A stretch of 56,698 nt of DNA, the filler included, from Trypethelium eluteriae (Eukaryota), in NCBI GenBank assembly GCA_051942245.1. It is 4 parts of 4 records of this genome, joined end to end, with 100 filler letters (N's around TTAATTAATTAA, not from the genome) between each part and the next. Parts side by side here need not be neighbours in the genome. Positions count along the whole stretch, not along the records: positions 14,224 to 28,332 come from JAVECL010000704.1; positions 28,433 to 42,538 come from JAVECL010000705.1; 2 more parts are not named here. One strand, written 5' to 3'. Positions 22,373 to 33,809 of the stretch are shown in pieces (position 1 is the first letter of the stretch; every line of letters starts with the position of its first letter). The notes beneath the pieces are model-generated. The model saw only the letters and a program-made list of their open reading frames with translations, had not been told where the DNA came from and searched no databases. A program made the position numbers and the translations under genes.

Positions 22373-23377
22373 CTACCTCCGAGCTTCACTTCCCTCCTGC
22401 AATTCGGCCTTTTCCTTGATCTTGATACGAGCTAAATCAGACTGGATGGATGCTCTCGAGCGCGTAGGTCGAGGAGAGCTGGACCCATCGATGATCTTGC
22501 CAGCGAATTCTTTGTTGAATGCGTCAGCCAAATCAGTGTCAGAGTGTCGGAGGTGCTCGCGGCGGTACGCTTGGATCTACGGATCACGTGAGCATTCATA
22601 TCTATCATTTCATCTAATCGCGTCTCCAAAACTCACCCAGTCTCGCTCCCGTCTCAAGTAAGGTGTGATCGTCTTTCGAACATTCTTTCCGGTGCAGCGA
22701 CGGAGTACTTGCGCCTTCCATTTGTTGAGACTGTTAATACATGCTCGACTGGACCAGTCGACTTCATGCAAGTACACGTAATTTCTCACTTGGCCAGTCT
22801 GATGGTGCAAAAGGTGGAAAGAAAGACGCTCTGGCTCTGGATGACCGAGGCGGAAGGGTCTGATATTGGTCGTGATCCTTGGTCTTTGGTCACTGGCATC
22901 ATTCTCGTCTTGTACCGACATGCCGACCGAGTTTGCAGCCGGCGAAGTAGCTGAGGGAGTCATTGACTTCTGGGAAGCGGACTGACCGACTTCGTCTGGA
23001 GAGGTGGTCACAGGACCCTGAGGACGTGGAGGCAATGAAGGTTCTAGAACGCTCCCATCCGATGACGGGGAGTGCCTGGATGATTCAGTCTTCGGGGTTG
23101 CTGGGGGAGTCGGGTTAGGTGGTGTATGAATTGTCTTGTTCGAAGGATTACTTGTCCAGTGGCGCAGCTGGGGGTGTGGCACCCAAGTTTGGTCAAATTG
23201 ATGCATCTCATGGAGACTCATTAGCTTGTTGTGGCGATAGATTCGCAGCTTTCGAGCCTTCCCAGCGTTCAGTCTCTTTGCAGCTCCCGTTTTGGGAGGA
23301 TCGAGAATTGCCAGGGCCGACAAGGCTGTCTGCTGGGTTGAGGACATGTTCGCAATGGTGGAGCGGGATGGAATCAT
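22373..23377 (-). CDS. Hypothetical protein, ~314 aa, possible C-terminal Myb/SANT-like helix-turn-helix
   Basis: Intron 22636..22577 (GTGAGT..TAG). Spliced C-terminus VDWSSRACINSLNKWKAQVLRR..PYLRRERDWIQAY..LADAFNKEFAGK..PRPTRSRASIQSDL. Start could be 23347. Confidence 0.65.
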
Positions 23378-24605
23378 CGTGAGTTCTAAGCTTTGCAAGC
23401 TTCTTCTTCACGTCGTGTTTCGTCCGCAGATTTCAAAGAATCGGCTGATTCTGCTAAAGTCAGTGTGTATTCTGATGGGCGAAATGATGCGGTACATCAA
23501 GTCTTTTTGAGTTTCTTACATGATGATCTATTGAGTTGACCAAGGTAAACAGGTCATTTGGCGGTTCGAAGCAAAGATCGTTGGATACTCCAGCCCTGAA
23601 CCGTGCTGTAGATCTTCTTAACAAAGTGTGAGGACTTTGAACTTCCTGGAAGCTGAGATCGAAGTGCCTGACTTACCACAAGAGAACAGTTCAGATGCTG
23701 TAGCTGCCAGCCAGTCTCTTCACTACTACACGGGACCAGCGTTGTTGACACGAGGCCAAATCTGGAAAGGAGTCGTCACCTAATATACCCATTTACTATC
23801 ATGCACGCGTATGGTGCTTGGACTTCAACGATGCCAAATGGTCAGGGCATCAAGCCGCAAAGGATGCGAGAGGCCAACAATAGCGGCTGCACGCTTGTGC
23901 CGCACACATGAAGGGCAGCTTTTACATCGAAAAGATAGGCAATCATCCTAAATTGGACGCGCTTGAAGCCAGTGAACACAGGATTTCACAATGTGATCCA
24001 CGACTCCGCTCGTATAGAGCAAGACCTAGCGACTGCGAGATATTGCCGACGAGCATCGCCGATGAAAGTGTTCCTGAAATTCACGTGACGCCTATCGACA
24101 ATGATTTTGCAGCAGTCCTCGCATTGCAAATGCATGTCCTATCTTTTCTTATACATCTCGCTGGAGCGCAGATTGCTTAGGATTCAATTCTTGTCAGCTA
24201 GATCATGTCTCGTTCGATACATGAATGCTATTCCTTCGCGAAATTCAAGAGCGAGGATCGCCATGGGATGCCTCAGTTGAGTGCGTTAGGTAGGTATGGA
24301 AGCATGCTTTAAGCTCCGTCTATTTAAGCATTCGTTCGGGTCAGGTCTAGCCTAGGGTTTCCGAGAGTGCTCGGCTCCTATTTCCCTACCAAATAGGTCC
24401 ACGTGTAGCACGTGGTTGGAGAGAATATGGCGAAGGTTGATCACCAGGATGAAGCCTGCAGGTAAAGCTTATCAGGTTGCTTCCCCACGGCGAACTTTCT
24501 TTCTTGCACCCCCCGCGCGGTGAGTGTTGGACTCATTTACGTAATGGCACAATTGTTTGTTTGGTTTCATTCATCTAGGACTAATTAGACTTCCAGCCCT
24601 TAGAT

Positions 24606-26473
24606 CTACATTCTGTGAACGCTGCTGTTCCGGCTCCACCTTCTGAAAGTCTTGCCATAGTAGTAGAAAAGGATACCAAACGAGCACCAGAGTGTAATCA
24701 GCGCGCAATTGGTCATGATCGGCGCAACAAATCTGGAAGAGCAAAGTTAGTAAACGTCTGCCTGAGAACGTATCGGCGGGTGTCCAAGACTCACCCATCA
24801 TTCATCGCCCACACTGTGATAAACTTACTGAACCCGTAACCCCAGACATTCTTGTTCACTGTTACACTCACCATCAAACTCCCCGCGACAGGCTTATAGC
24901 TATCCACAGAGTAGGTCATCGCCATCGCAGGCAATGCTGCAACCTGCAATCCCGCCGCGGCAAACCCAATGACCACGATTGCCCACATATTCCAATGGTT
25001 CTGGTAACCCACACTCACAACGATATTTCCGATAATCATCACCAGGACATACGGGATCATGGCCGGCAATCTCATCTCCGGTTCTCTGATGCCGCGGTTC
25101 CGGCGCGTTGCCCTCGCACTCACCCAATCACTAAGAGGACCTGCGGTCGCGAGCCCCAAGAAGGCGCCGATGAGAATGGCAAAGTTGGTGAAGCCGATCG
25201 CTTGGGAGGACATGTTGTATGGTGGCGCGGCGAAGGCCTGGGATTGGGTCAGATTGATAGTGAGGAAAGATGAGCAGGACCAGGAGACGACGAAGGAGGA
25301 GAATTCGACGATGGGAAAGACGAAGAGCTTCCAGGGGATCCAGAGGTCGTTGAGGATGGAGGCGAAGGGGTGCGCATTCGGTTGGAAGAGGCGCCATTGG
25401 GCGCGGGATGGGCTACCACGGCCGAGATGCGGGTCGCGGGCTTCGGTAGCGACTTTGCTAAGAGAGTTGCTGGTGGTTGACGGGTTTTGTGCGATGGTAA
25501 TGTCGGCCGCGCCATGCTTTTCGACATCGGATGATTCTTCGACGGCGGTGACGGCGTCGCCTTTCTCAGATGTGGAAGATGGCGTATGGATGATTTCATC
25601 GGGATGCTTGCGGTGCCACTTGGTCTCTGGGAAGCCGAAGACAACAAGAACGATAGAGGCACCGATCATAGCAACATTGAGCCACCAGAAGTTCCGCCAT
25701 CCAACGTGCTGTGCCATGGGACCAGAGATGATGGGTGCGACCTGGAAGCAATGAGTAAATCGTGTTCAAGTCTGTCAGCCTGGAGAAATGCAGCCTACCA
25801 TTAAAGATCCCATGTACACGACCCAGTACAGAGTGCTCCAGTAGCCCCTGTCATGGAGGAAGAAAATGTCTGCAATGACTGCGGGTTGTATAGTTTCTGC
25901 TGGGCCTGCTCCAATGCCATTGAGCACACAAGCTCCCATGAAGGAACCATACGTTGTTGCACGAGCTCTCCAAATGCAAGAACCGAAGCACACGAGCTGA
26001 GATGCAATATAGACTGGCCGCCGTCCGAACGATGTGCTGATGGGTACCCAGATGAAGTTACTGAAGCCAAGTACCAGAATGCAGACACCGGTAAATTGCA
26101 CTGCGTCCTCCAAGGAGCAATTGAAATCTTTCACGTAGTATGGAAACATCGGTGCCAAGGACAAAGGGCCGAAGCCCTGGCAGAAAGTCACATAACTGGA
26201 GGCCGTGATGGTGAGGAGCTTCCACATTCTTGACCAGTTGAGGGGGTCATGTGGATCATCGCTGGGCTGGGGAACGAGGACTTTGTTGGAGGATTTGACG
26301 AAGTGATGTGATCCCACATCTGTCATGACTTCGGTGCCGGGCAAGATCTCGGTGTGGAGCTCCTCCTCAATCGCGTGGAGCTCCTTGACGATTCTCAGCA
26401 CAAAATGCCAGAAGACAAAGCCAAAGCCTTGCAAACGATCAGGACGTACCTTATCATCGTAGTTCATCTCCAT
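24606..26473 (-). CDS. Major facilitator superfamily transporter (HOL1/DHA1-like), ~560 aa
   Basis: Introns 26449..26384, 25798..25742, 24794..24733; 1683 nt in frame. LVPQPSDDPHDPLNWS, FGRRPVY, IADIFFLHDRG, GWRNFWW, PETKW, REPEMRLP. Confidence 0.92.
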
Positions 26474-28172
26474 GATGGGATGATCCGGGCTTGTCACCAC
26501 CTCTTCTACAAGAATTGAGACCCTTTTCGAATATCGCTTCCAAACAGAGGAAGTTATGCAAAGGCCTCACTTCTGAACGCAAAGCTGAGTCAAAGGAATG
26601 AGACTGTGAAAAGCTGCTGCTGGAAAGCAAATGGCACCAGCAGCTATCTGCAGGTGCTCTGCAGGTCCAAGTCAAGGCAAACGAAGTTACACCACCCATG
26701 GGGAAGGCTCGACTCTTTATTCGCATCCATCTGGCTGGAACTCATCCGTCCGCTTAGATAAAGCGACTAGTTTAGGTAGGTCGCTGAACGCCGACGCAGC
26801 CCTTGAGCATCAAGTCTCACTTACTTCTCTAGGAAATGAGCTTTCATTGGGGGCGTCCACTACGTCCTGCACACCCACGTTGCCCAGACATGGGGTCCGG
26901 GGTCTCGCTTCCCCGGCCGCGTGGTTTCTGGGGTTCGTCGATACCTTTTGCGGAGATAGCAAGGATTGGATAATAGAAAAAGAAACAAATCCATCCCAAC
27001 TGCTCGCCCAGCCGTCCGTGCGGGTGGTGGCACAGACGGACAAGAACCCCAAATCACGGGGAAGGCCGTCGGCTTACCGGCAGTCCGTAACGGCATTTTG
27101 CCCTCCATAATCCTGTTAAGCAGCCATTCCGCCGGCTGCCACTATGAAACAAGCACCCAAATTTGATGGCTTGCAGATGTGCTGTAGGTACGGGAGTGGC
27201 GCGAAATCGTACTTGGCAGCGGGTCGAGACCTGGCCGCGAATTTTGGCAGGGCTGGCCGTCCAACTACCGGGGACAGCCACCACATCCCCGGCAGATACA
27301 GAATCTTCATGGTGATTCATAGGCCCTGAATTGACTACATCAGCTTCTGGTCGAACAGAGCGAATCGTGTGTGTAAGATTGAAACTTGTCTTCCTCTAGC
27401 TCTCCCCCTCCGGAGAACCGGTCCAATACCATCCTGTGCTTCTCTGATCATGCATCACTAAAATCTGACCAGGCTGCAAGCTTCACGTGGAAAAGCTGCC
27501 TTGTCGATTGTCCAGCCCTGGGACTAGAGAGAAACTTAATTACTCCAGAACAGCTCTCCCGATTTGTCTCCTCGCGTACCGACTGGAAATGACACGGTTT
27601 ACGATAGTCTTATTGGATCTCCTCTCGTCCTTCTCAAGCCGATCAGTCGCTTGATCTTGAAGACGAGATCTATTCATCGCCTAGAATACTACATGCAGTA
27701 GTTCGAGTGCACCAGAGCTGGGCTGGTCCGCTTACGGGGGCACGTCACGCTATCAATCGATAGAAAATACGGCACGCCTGAACAGTCTAGAACTGAAAGG
27801 ACTTCTTGGAAGCATTTTGAAAAGACTTCGTTATGACTTTCAAAGCCAAGCGCTGCCATACAAATTACACATCAGCTTTATGTAATTCGCAAATTTCCAC
27901 AGCAGCCCTCCAGGTATCAAACATAAGAACGCAAAAGAAATCGACTTAGAACGATTGAAATGACAAAACGCTTCCCCAATACGACCGCCTCGCTTCAATG
28001 TCAGATGAGAAAAATGAGAGCTGCCCAGCATGGTGAGAAAGAGATATAGACATTCAACCCCTCCATTCATTAGAGACCCATGATATTCCAGGGACAGAAT
28101 GGACACCATCGCGTAGATTCTTCTGATGTCCGCCCTTTTCCAAGCTATTGCCTGTCCAAGCCACCGCGCCAC

Positions 28173-28332
28173 TCACTTCGACGGCGGTGTGATATTCGAG
28201 CTCGAAAAGCTTCGCTTTCCCCAACTCCAGAACCCTCCTCCTCCTCCTCCACCGCCAACGCTATTCGCCGCTTGGTGATTCGGCGGCGTCAAGTCCTTCC
28301 CCTTCCCAGTCGCCTTCTCCTTCTCCTTCTCC
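28173..28332 (-). CDS. Possible C-terminal fragment of a gene truncated by the gap
   Basis: Open frame from the gap edge: EKEKEKATGKGK..GGGGGGGFWSWGKRSFSSSNITPPSK*; protein-like but unidentified. Confidence 0.35.
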
Positions 28333-28432
28333 NNNNNNNNNNNNNNNNNNNNNNNNNNNNNNNNNNNNNNNNNNNNTTAATTAATTAANNNNNNNNNNNN
28401 NNNNNNNNNNNNNNNNNNNNNNNNNNNNNNNN
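28333..28432. other. Assembly gap spacer
   Basis: N44-TTAATTAATTAA-N44. Confidence 0.97.
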
Positions 28433-28652
28433 AAGATTACTTATGGGAGGGATTGAGGATGGGGCGTAAAGCATACTTTACTTTATATTGTGCTGGCTTA
28501 GCGTGGCGTTGGCGGGCTCTTGGAGTTTGCAGTACGCGGGTACTCTACTGTTATTGGGAATACCCTCAGAAGAAGGCTACAGTGTTGATATACATAATCT
28601 ATACGCATCGAGAAGGTATTCAATCAAGAATTCAGCAACATACTTCTCAGTG

Positions 28653-31586
28653 TCAGACGATAGAGGCAAATGCCCTTTTTCTCCTTCCCTTGTCAGGTAA
28701 ATCCTCAACTTCATCATCATCTTCGACGCCTCCAATTTGCTTCGACTCCAATTCCTTTTCAATCCACTTCAAGGCTGCAACATTGAAGCCGACTCTCGCT
28801 TCCTCTTCCTCCACCCATTCGAAAAATTCCTTCTGAATCTTCATCAGATCCATCTTCAGTGCTTTGGTAGCAACAATCTGCTCATGATGAGTCTTCAGCA
28901 CGAAATGACAGACACCCCAAACCATCTCCGGCTCCACGCGGCGCTCTAGGAAGATAGCGATAAAGGTGAAGAGTGGAGGGACGGCGGAAAAGGGAAGTAC
29001 AAGGAGGGCGTCGTGAAGAGCTGGGGTGGGAATCCGTGAAATCGTTTTAAGGATGTGCTCTTCGGCGGAGACATTCAAGGCCATGAGTGTTGCATTCCTT
29101 TGTGGTGGCGCGGTAGACGGGTTCACCGCTTTTTGGGAGTCATATTCGCGCATAATCTTCAGATCTTCATGCGCCATCTCGAGGGCTTCTAAAAGTCGTT
29201 CGCCATGCGTAAGCGTTGACATTGTCTGTTGTGTTGCAGCTGCAACGTCCGTTCCATTTTCAGGGTCGCCGTCGACCTCGTTGGCTCGGGCATCGCGGTC
29301 AAGAGACGTCATGAGCGTAGATTCGTACATCTCTTCAAGCTCCCGCTCCCGTTCTTCCTCAAGGAAAATGAAGTCATCGGTGACATTCCAAACTCGTATG
29401 CTCTTGTCGTGAGAAGCCGTAATTACCTTTTCGCCTGTTCTTGAAACAGCCATAGCCCAGATTTCACCATGGTGACCAGTCAGTTTCTGTACTTGTTCGA
29501 ATTTGTCGCCATCCCAGGTCTTGAGAGTTGCATCCTTACTAGCGCTGAAGAATAGGTGCGTCTCGTCTCTTTCTACTGGGTGCGGGATGAAATCGACATG
29601 CAAAATACTGTCTTGATGCGCGAAAAAAGCTTTGTGGCAATCACCAAAATCCAAACCCCAAAGCCGCACATTCTTATCAGCGCTACATGTCGCAATGAAT
29701 TTACTATCAGAAGATATTGAGATATCAAGGACCGGAAGTTTGTGCCCATAGAGATTGAGAAAAAGCTTCAATGAGTCAGCAAAGAATACTTTGACAGTAT
29801 TGTCCAGGGTCGAAACAGCTAGAAGTCGAGAATCGGGAGAAAAACAAATGCTGAGGATGTCATCTGTCACTTTCAAAGTTCGATTGTGGACAAGCTTCAG
29901 TCGTGGCGTAGTCCGTGTAGTGCCAGGAATCTCTTCTTGAACGATCTTGAAATTCCAGAATTTGGCACATTTATCTGCGCTTCCTGTCACAACTGAGCGT
30001 CCATCAGGATGAACCTGTAGAGTCCATATCGCCCCATCATGAGCCTGGAAGGAATCTAAGAGTGTGGAAGTAGCGATATCGAAAAGCTCCAGCTCGCCGG
30101 TCTTGGTGCCAATGAGTACAATCTTGTCACCGGGAAGAAAAGAGCAGCAAAGCGCTTGCCCACAGTCCAGTGTCCGCAGACAGCTTTGCGTCAGAACGTT
30201 CCAGAGTTTCAGTGACCCTGTTGAAGCTGTGACGAGCATTCTGTCGTCAGAGCTCAAAGCTATTGCTCGGATATCTGTCCGATGACCAGGAATTTCGACA
30301 GAGTAAGTCCTCTGGTATTCTGAGGGCTCTGCGCTTGCTGCTTTTTTATTACCCTCCTTAGTCGTAACCTGATACACTTCCATCTGGTTGTTCGTGGTTG
30401 CGATGACCATGTGGAGAGACTTTCTGCCTTTGCCAGCTATCCAATTGAGCGAACGGACCTTTCCACTCGTTCGCACAATAACGTCTGGGACGAAGACCTC
30501 TGTTACGTCAGCCGAAGAGATATCAGTATTTTTCGGATCTACGCCATCCTCTCCTGGTGGGATTTCTCCAGAAGCCGCAGCTTTCTCGCGCCTTCTACGC
30601 CGTTTCCTAGCAAGATGCCTTTTTATCTCATCTTCTCCGCGAATGCGCCACACTTCCACGGCCTTCTCCGATCCGTGGACGGCAAAGTAATCCAGTCTCG
30701 GGTGAAACGTAATACCAACGGTCCTATCTTTACCCTGTCGATGTAGATTGCCTTGCTCATGCAGATACTGTTGCCCTTTCTTTTCAGTGGTTCGAAGTGC
30801 TGCTTCTGCCAGCCCATCAAGGTCCAGAGACCAAACTTTGAGCTCTCCATCATTTCCGGCCGTGATGCAACCCCGTCCATCACTTGAAACACCAAGAGCC
30901 CAACATTCACCACTTGTTTGTGCAACATGAGTCTCGATGCAGTGAGGAGTTGAAATGTCCCAGATTTTAATCAAGGCGTCCTTGCTTGTCGACAGCAGGA
31001 AGCTCTCTTCAAATGACTCGTCTTCGTCTGATGAAGCCAATTCGACACCCTCATCTGAATGGGGCTCTTCGCTGAATTTTCGCCTCGTCTGGATAAATTG
31101 TATGCCTGTGATCTGATCCTTGTGTCCCCGAAGCTTGAATTCTGCAAGTTCCGAGACCAGATTCCAGATGATGATATCTGTGTCTCTGGATCCACTTGCA
31201 AGACGTGAGCCGGTCTGATCGAAAACTAAATGCGTTATTGCAGATCGATGTCCGTTAAAACTAAGGAGCACATTTATAGTGCGGGAGTCCCATATTCTGA
31301 TACTGCCATCACTATATCCAACAGCGAAAATGTCTTCTTCCGCACGGCTTCGGGAGATACTTGTCACCTCTGCACCACACTCGCTATCTCTCCATCTGTT
31401 GAGAAGTCCGCCTGTCTTGACATCCCAGCAGAGAACTTCTTCGTTTGCGCCGACATAGGCCTGACCAGCACCGGCGTCGCGAATGCCCGTAACACTTTCC
31501 GATGTTGACCAGACAACGTTTGAGAGTCCAGAGGTGACAGTCCCGAATGTTTCCGCATGCTCGTACTTTCTATATGATTTCACCAT
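28653..31586 (-). CDS. DIP2: U3 snoRNA-associated WD40 protein Dip2/Utp12
   Basis: 977-aa single exon; MVKSY start, many WD40 repeats (GHRSAIT, GHKDQIT, GHRTDIR, LYGHKLPVL, GHHGEIW), FLEEERERELEEMYE and a Utp12-type C-terminal domain. Confidence 0.95.
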   Translation of the reverse strand: MVKSYRKYEHAETFGTVTSGLSNVVWSTSESVTGIRDAGAGQAYVGANEEVLCWDVKTGGLLNRWRDSECGAEVTSISRSRAEEDIFAVGYSDGSIRIWDSRTINVLLSFNGHRSAITHLVFDQTGSRLASGSRDTDIIIWNLVSELAEFKLRGHKDQITGIQFIQTRRKFSEEPHSDEGVELASSDEDESFEESFLLSTSKDALIKIWDISTPHCIETHVAQTSGECWALGVSSDGRGCITAGNDGELKVWSLDLDGLAEAALRTTEKKGQQYLHEQGNLHRQGKDRTVGITFHPRLDYFAVHGSEKAVEVWRIRGEDEIKRHLARKRRRRREKAAASGEIPPGEDGVDPKNTDISSADVTEVFVPDVIVRTSGKVRSLNWIAGKGRKSLHMVIATTNNQMEVYQVTTKEGNKKAASAEPSEYQRTYSVEIPGHRTDIRAIALSSDDRMLVTASTGSLKLWNVLTQSCLRTLDCGQALCCSFLPGDKIVLIGTKTGELELFDIATSTLLDSFQAHDGAIWTLQVHPDGRSVVTGSADKCAKFWNFKIVQEEIPGTTRTTPRLKLVHNRTLKVTDDILSICFSPDSRLLAVSTLDNTVKVFFADSLKLFLNLYGHKLPVLDISISSDSKFIATCSADKNVRLWGLDFGDCHKAFFAHQDSILHVDFIPHPVERDETHLFFSASKDATLKTWDGDKFEQVQKLTGHHGEIWAMAVSRTGEKVITASHDKSIRVWNVTDDFIFLEEERERELEEMYESTLMTSLDRDARANEVDGDPENGTDVAAATQQTMSTLTHGERLLEALEMAHEDLKIMREYDSQKAVNPSTAPPQRNATLMALNVSAEEHILKTISRIPTPALHDALLVLPFSAVPPLFTFIAIFLERRVEPEMVWGVCHFVLKTHHEQIVATKALKMDLMKIQKEFFEWVEEEEARVGFNVAALKWIEKELESKQIGGVEDDDEVEDLPDKGRRKRAFASIV

Positions 31587-32076
31587 GATTTAGTGAAGAA
31601 CGAACTTTTCCGAAGCGAAATGTCGACGCCCCAGCAAGTTGATGACTAAGAAGCGAGAACACTTTCCCAGAAGGCGAGATATTCCTTCTCATAATTTCCC
31701 CGCGATGACAGGATATTAGAATTTGAGAAAAGCTAACGAGACTTGGTTTTTGAAATCTAATTAGCTTTGAATCATTCTAATCATGATGAATGTGTTGTGG
31801 CGTTTTCTCATCACCATCGTAAGCAGGGTCCTCCTAGATTCTCGGGATAACATTTATCCGGGTACGGTAGAGCATGCGGTCGTGGTCGCGCGGTCGCCAC
31901 TGTTCAGAGTAGCCGAGGCTGATGTGAGCATAAAATCTGGCCCACGAAGTACTAGCCTTTATTGCCGTCATAAAAGATTCTAGAATGGAACTAAAAGCCT
32001 TGTTTCCCAAAGGCAGAAAGCCTTTTCTGGGCTTCACTTACATTGCAACCAAGTGGACAAGTGAGAATGAGGAACA

Positions 32077-33432
32077 ATGGCGAACGAAGACCTTCAGAAG
32101 ATGGCATCGAACAACCCAGCCATGACTGCACCAGTCAGTCAATCTATTCCTTTAGAACATACACAAAATCGCCAAGCGCATCATGATATTGTTCAGGGAT
32201 TCGACTTTACTGGCAAACAAGAAGTGAACATCTCTAGAAAGACGACATCGAAATTAACGAAGTACGACATTGGTTGGCGACGGGTCGTCCGAAACTTTAC
32301 TCCATCATGGTTCTCTGTCACGATGGGAACTGGAATAGTGTCGATACTTCTCGTATCAATACCATTCCAAGCAAGCTGGCTTTACTGGCTTTCTGTCGCT
32401 TTCTTTGGTCTTAATGCAATCCTGTTCTCGGCCGCCTTTCTAGTTTCGTTTCTGCGTTACACGCTATATCCCGAAATTTGGAGGGTCATGATTGCCGACA
32501 GTACGAATTCGCTATTCCTGGGAACCATACCTATGGGGTTTGCAACTCTGGTCGAGAGCTGGATGTCTCTGTGTTGCCCATATTGGGGTCCATGGTCCGT
32601 GACGTTCGCTTGGGTATGCTGGATGATTGATACGGTAGCGGCCGTAGCGGTGACGGTGTCCCTCCCTACACTGCTAATGTCTCAATCTCATCAGCAATCG
32701 CTCGATCGTATCACGGCTGCACAGCTTCTGCCTGTTGCAGCCACGATCGTGGCGTCCGGCGCTGGGGCCGAGATCGCCGGACTCCTATCCAACCCTGACC
32801 ATGCTCTCGGCACGCTTCTCACGTCTTATGTGATGTGGGGAATGGCAACACCATTGGCAATGACAATACTAGTGATATACTATCAGCGCCTAGCCCTCCA
32901 CAAGTTACCACCAAGGGAGGTCATCGTATCTGTTTTCTTACCCCTGGGTCCACTGGGCATGGGTGGCTACACAATCCTCAACTTGGGTCAGGTCGCCAGT
33001 CAGGTTTTTCCTAAGGTTCACCTCTTCGAGAGTTTGCAGCTTGCTGGAGATGTGGCCTATGTTCTTGGAATTTTCATATCCCTTATCATGTGGGGCTTTG
33101 GACTTATTTGGTTTGCTTTTGCTATTGCTACCATCTATCAATGCCGACCATTCCCTTTCAACATGGGCTGGTGGGGATTTACGTTTCCACTTGGGGTCTA
33201 TGCTGCAAGCACCATCAAATTCGGCGTCATCATGCCAAGCAAGTTCTTCAAGGTCCTCGGTACCATCTTTAGCGTGGCTGTTGTATTACTTTGGTTGGTG
33301 GTAGCTGCCGGAACGGCCAGAGGCGCTTGGAGTGGTCAACTGTTCTATGCACCTTGCTTGGCGAACCTGCCCAAAGAGAAAATTGAACCGATGGAGTCTA
33401 ATATCGATCACGAACGCGGAAGGGATGAATGA
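32077..33432 (+). CDS. TDT/SLAC1-family transporter (Ssu1-like), 451 aa, intronless
   Basis: GWRRVVRNFTPSWFSVTMGTG, SLFLGTIPMGFAT, QRLALHKLPPREVIVSVFLPLGPLG, FPFNMGWWGFTFPLGV, LFYAPCL. Confidence 0.92.
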   Translation: MANEDLQKMASNNPAMTAPVSQSIPLEHTQNRQAHHDIVQGFDFTGKQEVNISRKTTSKLTKYDIGWRRVVRNFTPSWFSVTMGTGIVSILLVSIPFQASWLYWLSVAFFGLNAILFSAAFLVSFLRYTLYPEIWRVMIADSTNSLFLGTIPMGFATLVESWMSLCCPYWGPWSVTFAWVCWMIDTVAAVAVTVSLPTLLMSQSHQQSLDRITAAQLLPVAATIVASGAGAEIAGLLSNPDHALGTLLTSYVMWGMATPLAMTILVIYYQRLALHKLPPREVIVSVFLPLGPLGMGGYTILNLGQVASQVFPKVHLFESLQLAGDVAYVLGIFISLIMWGFGLIWFAFAIATIYQCRPFPFNMGWWGFTFPLGVYAASTIKFGVIMPSKFFKVLGTIFSVAVVLLWLVVAAGTARGAWSGQLFYAPCLANLPKEKIEPMESNIDHERGRDE

Positions 33433-33809
33433 CTGAACACTGTCTTGTCCTTGTATATATTTGTACTATGATCATGTATAGAATGGCACCATGGCTTAAC
33501 CCTCGTGCCAATTATTAAAATTATTCCTGCGGTGTGTGTTGAGATTCATCATTTCAAGCCTTGAAATTGTTCTGCTGATCGTAGCCTTGGGCCAAACAGA
33601 AATATTGCCAACTTTTGAGTCGAGGGTTCCATCAACTCAAGATATCGACTACTGCCCTGAACGGGAATATTGGAGTAGACGCTGCCACGACGTTGCTGTT
33701 CTTGCGACATTGAAATTGGAAGGTAGCGAAAGTTTGAGTACGGCGTGTCACCGATTGCCACCCACGACGGGACCTGAAAGGCATGCACCATCACCTTGCT
33801 ACGCAAATC

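Noticed and set aside
26631..27600. GC-rich short ORFs and small hairpins upstream of the MFS gene
   Set aside because: No coherent gene model or long repeat; consistent with promoter sequence.
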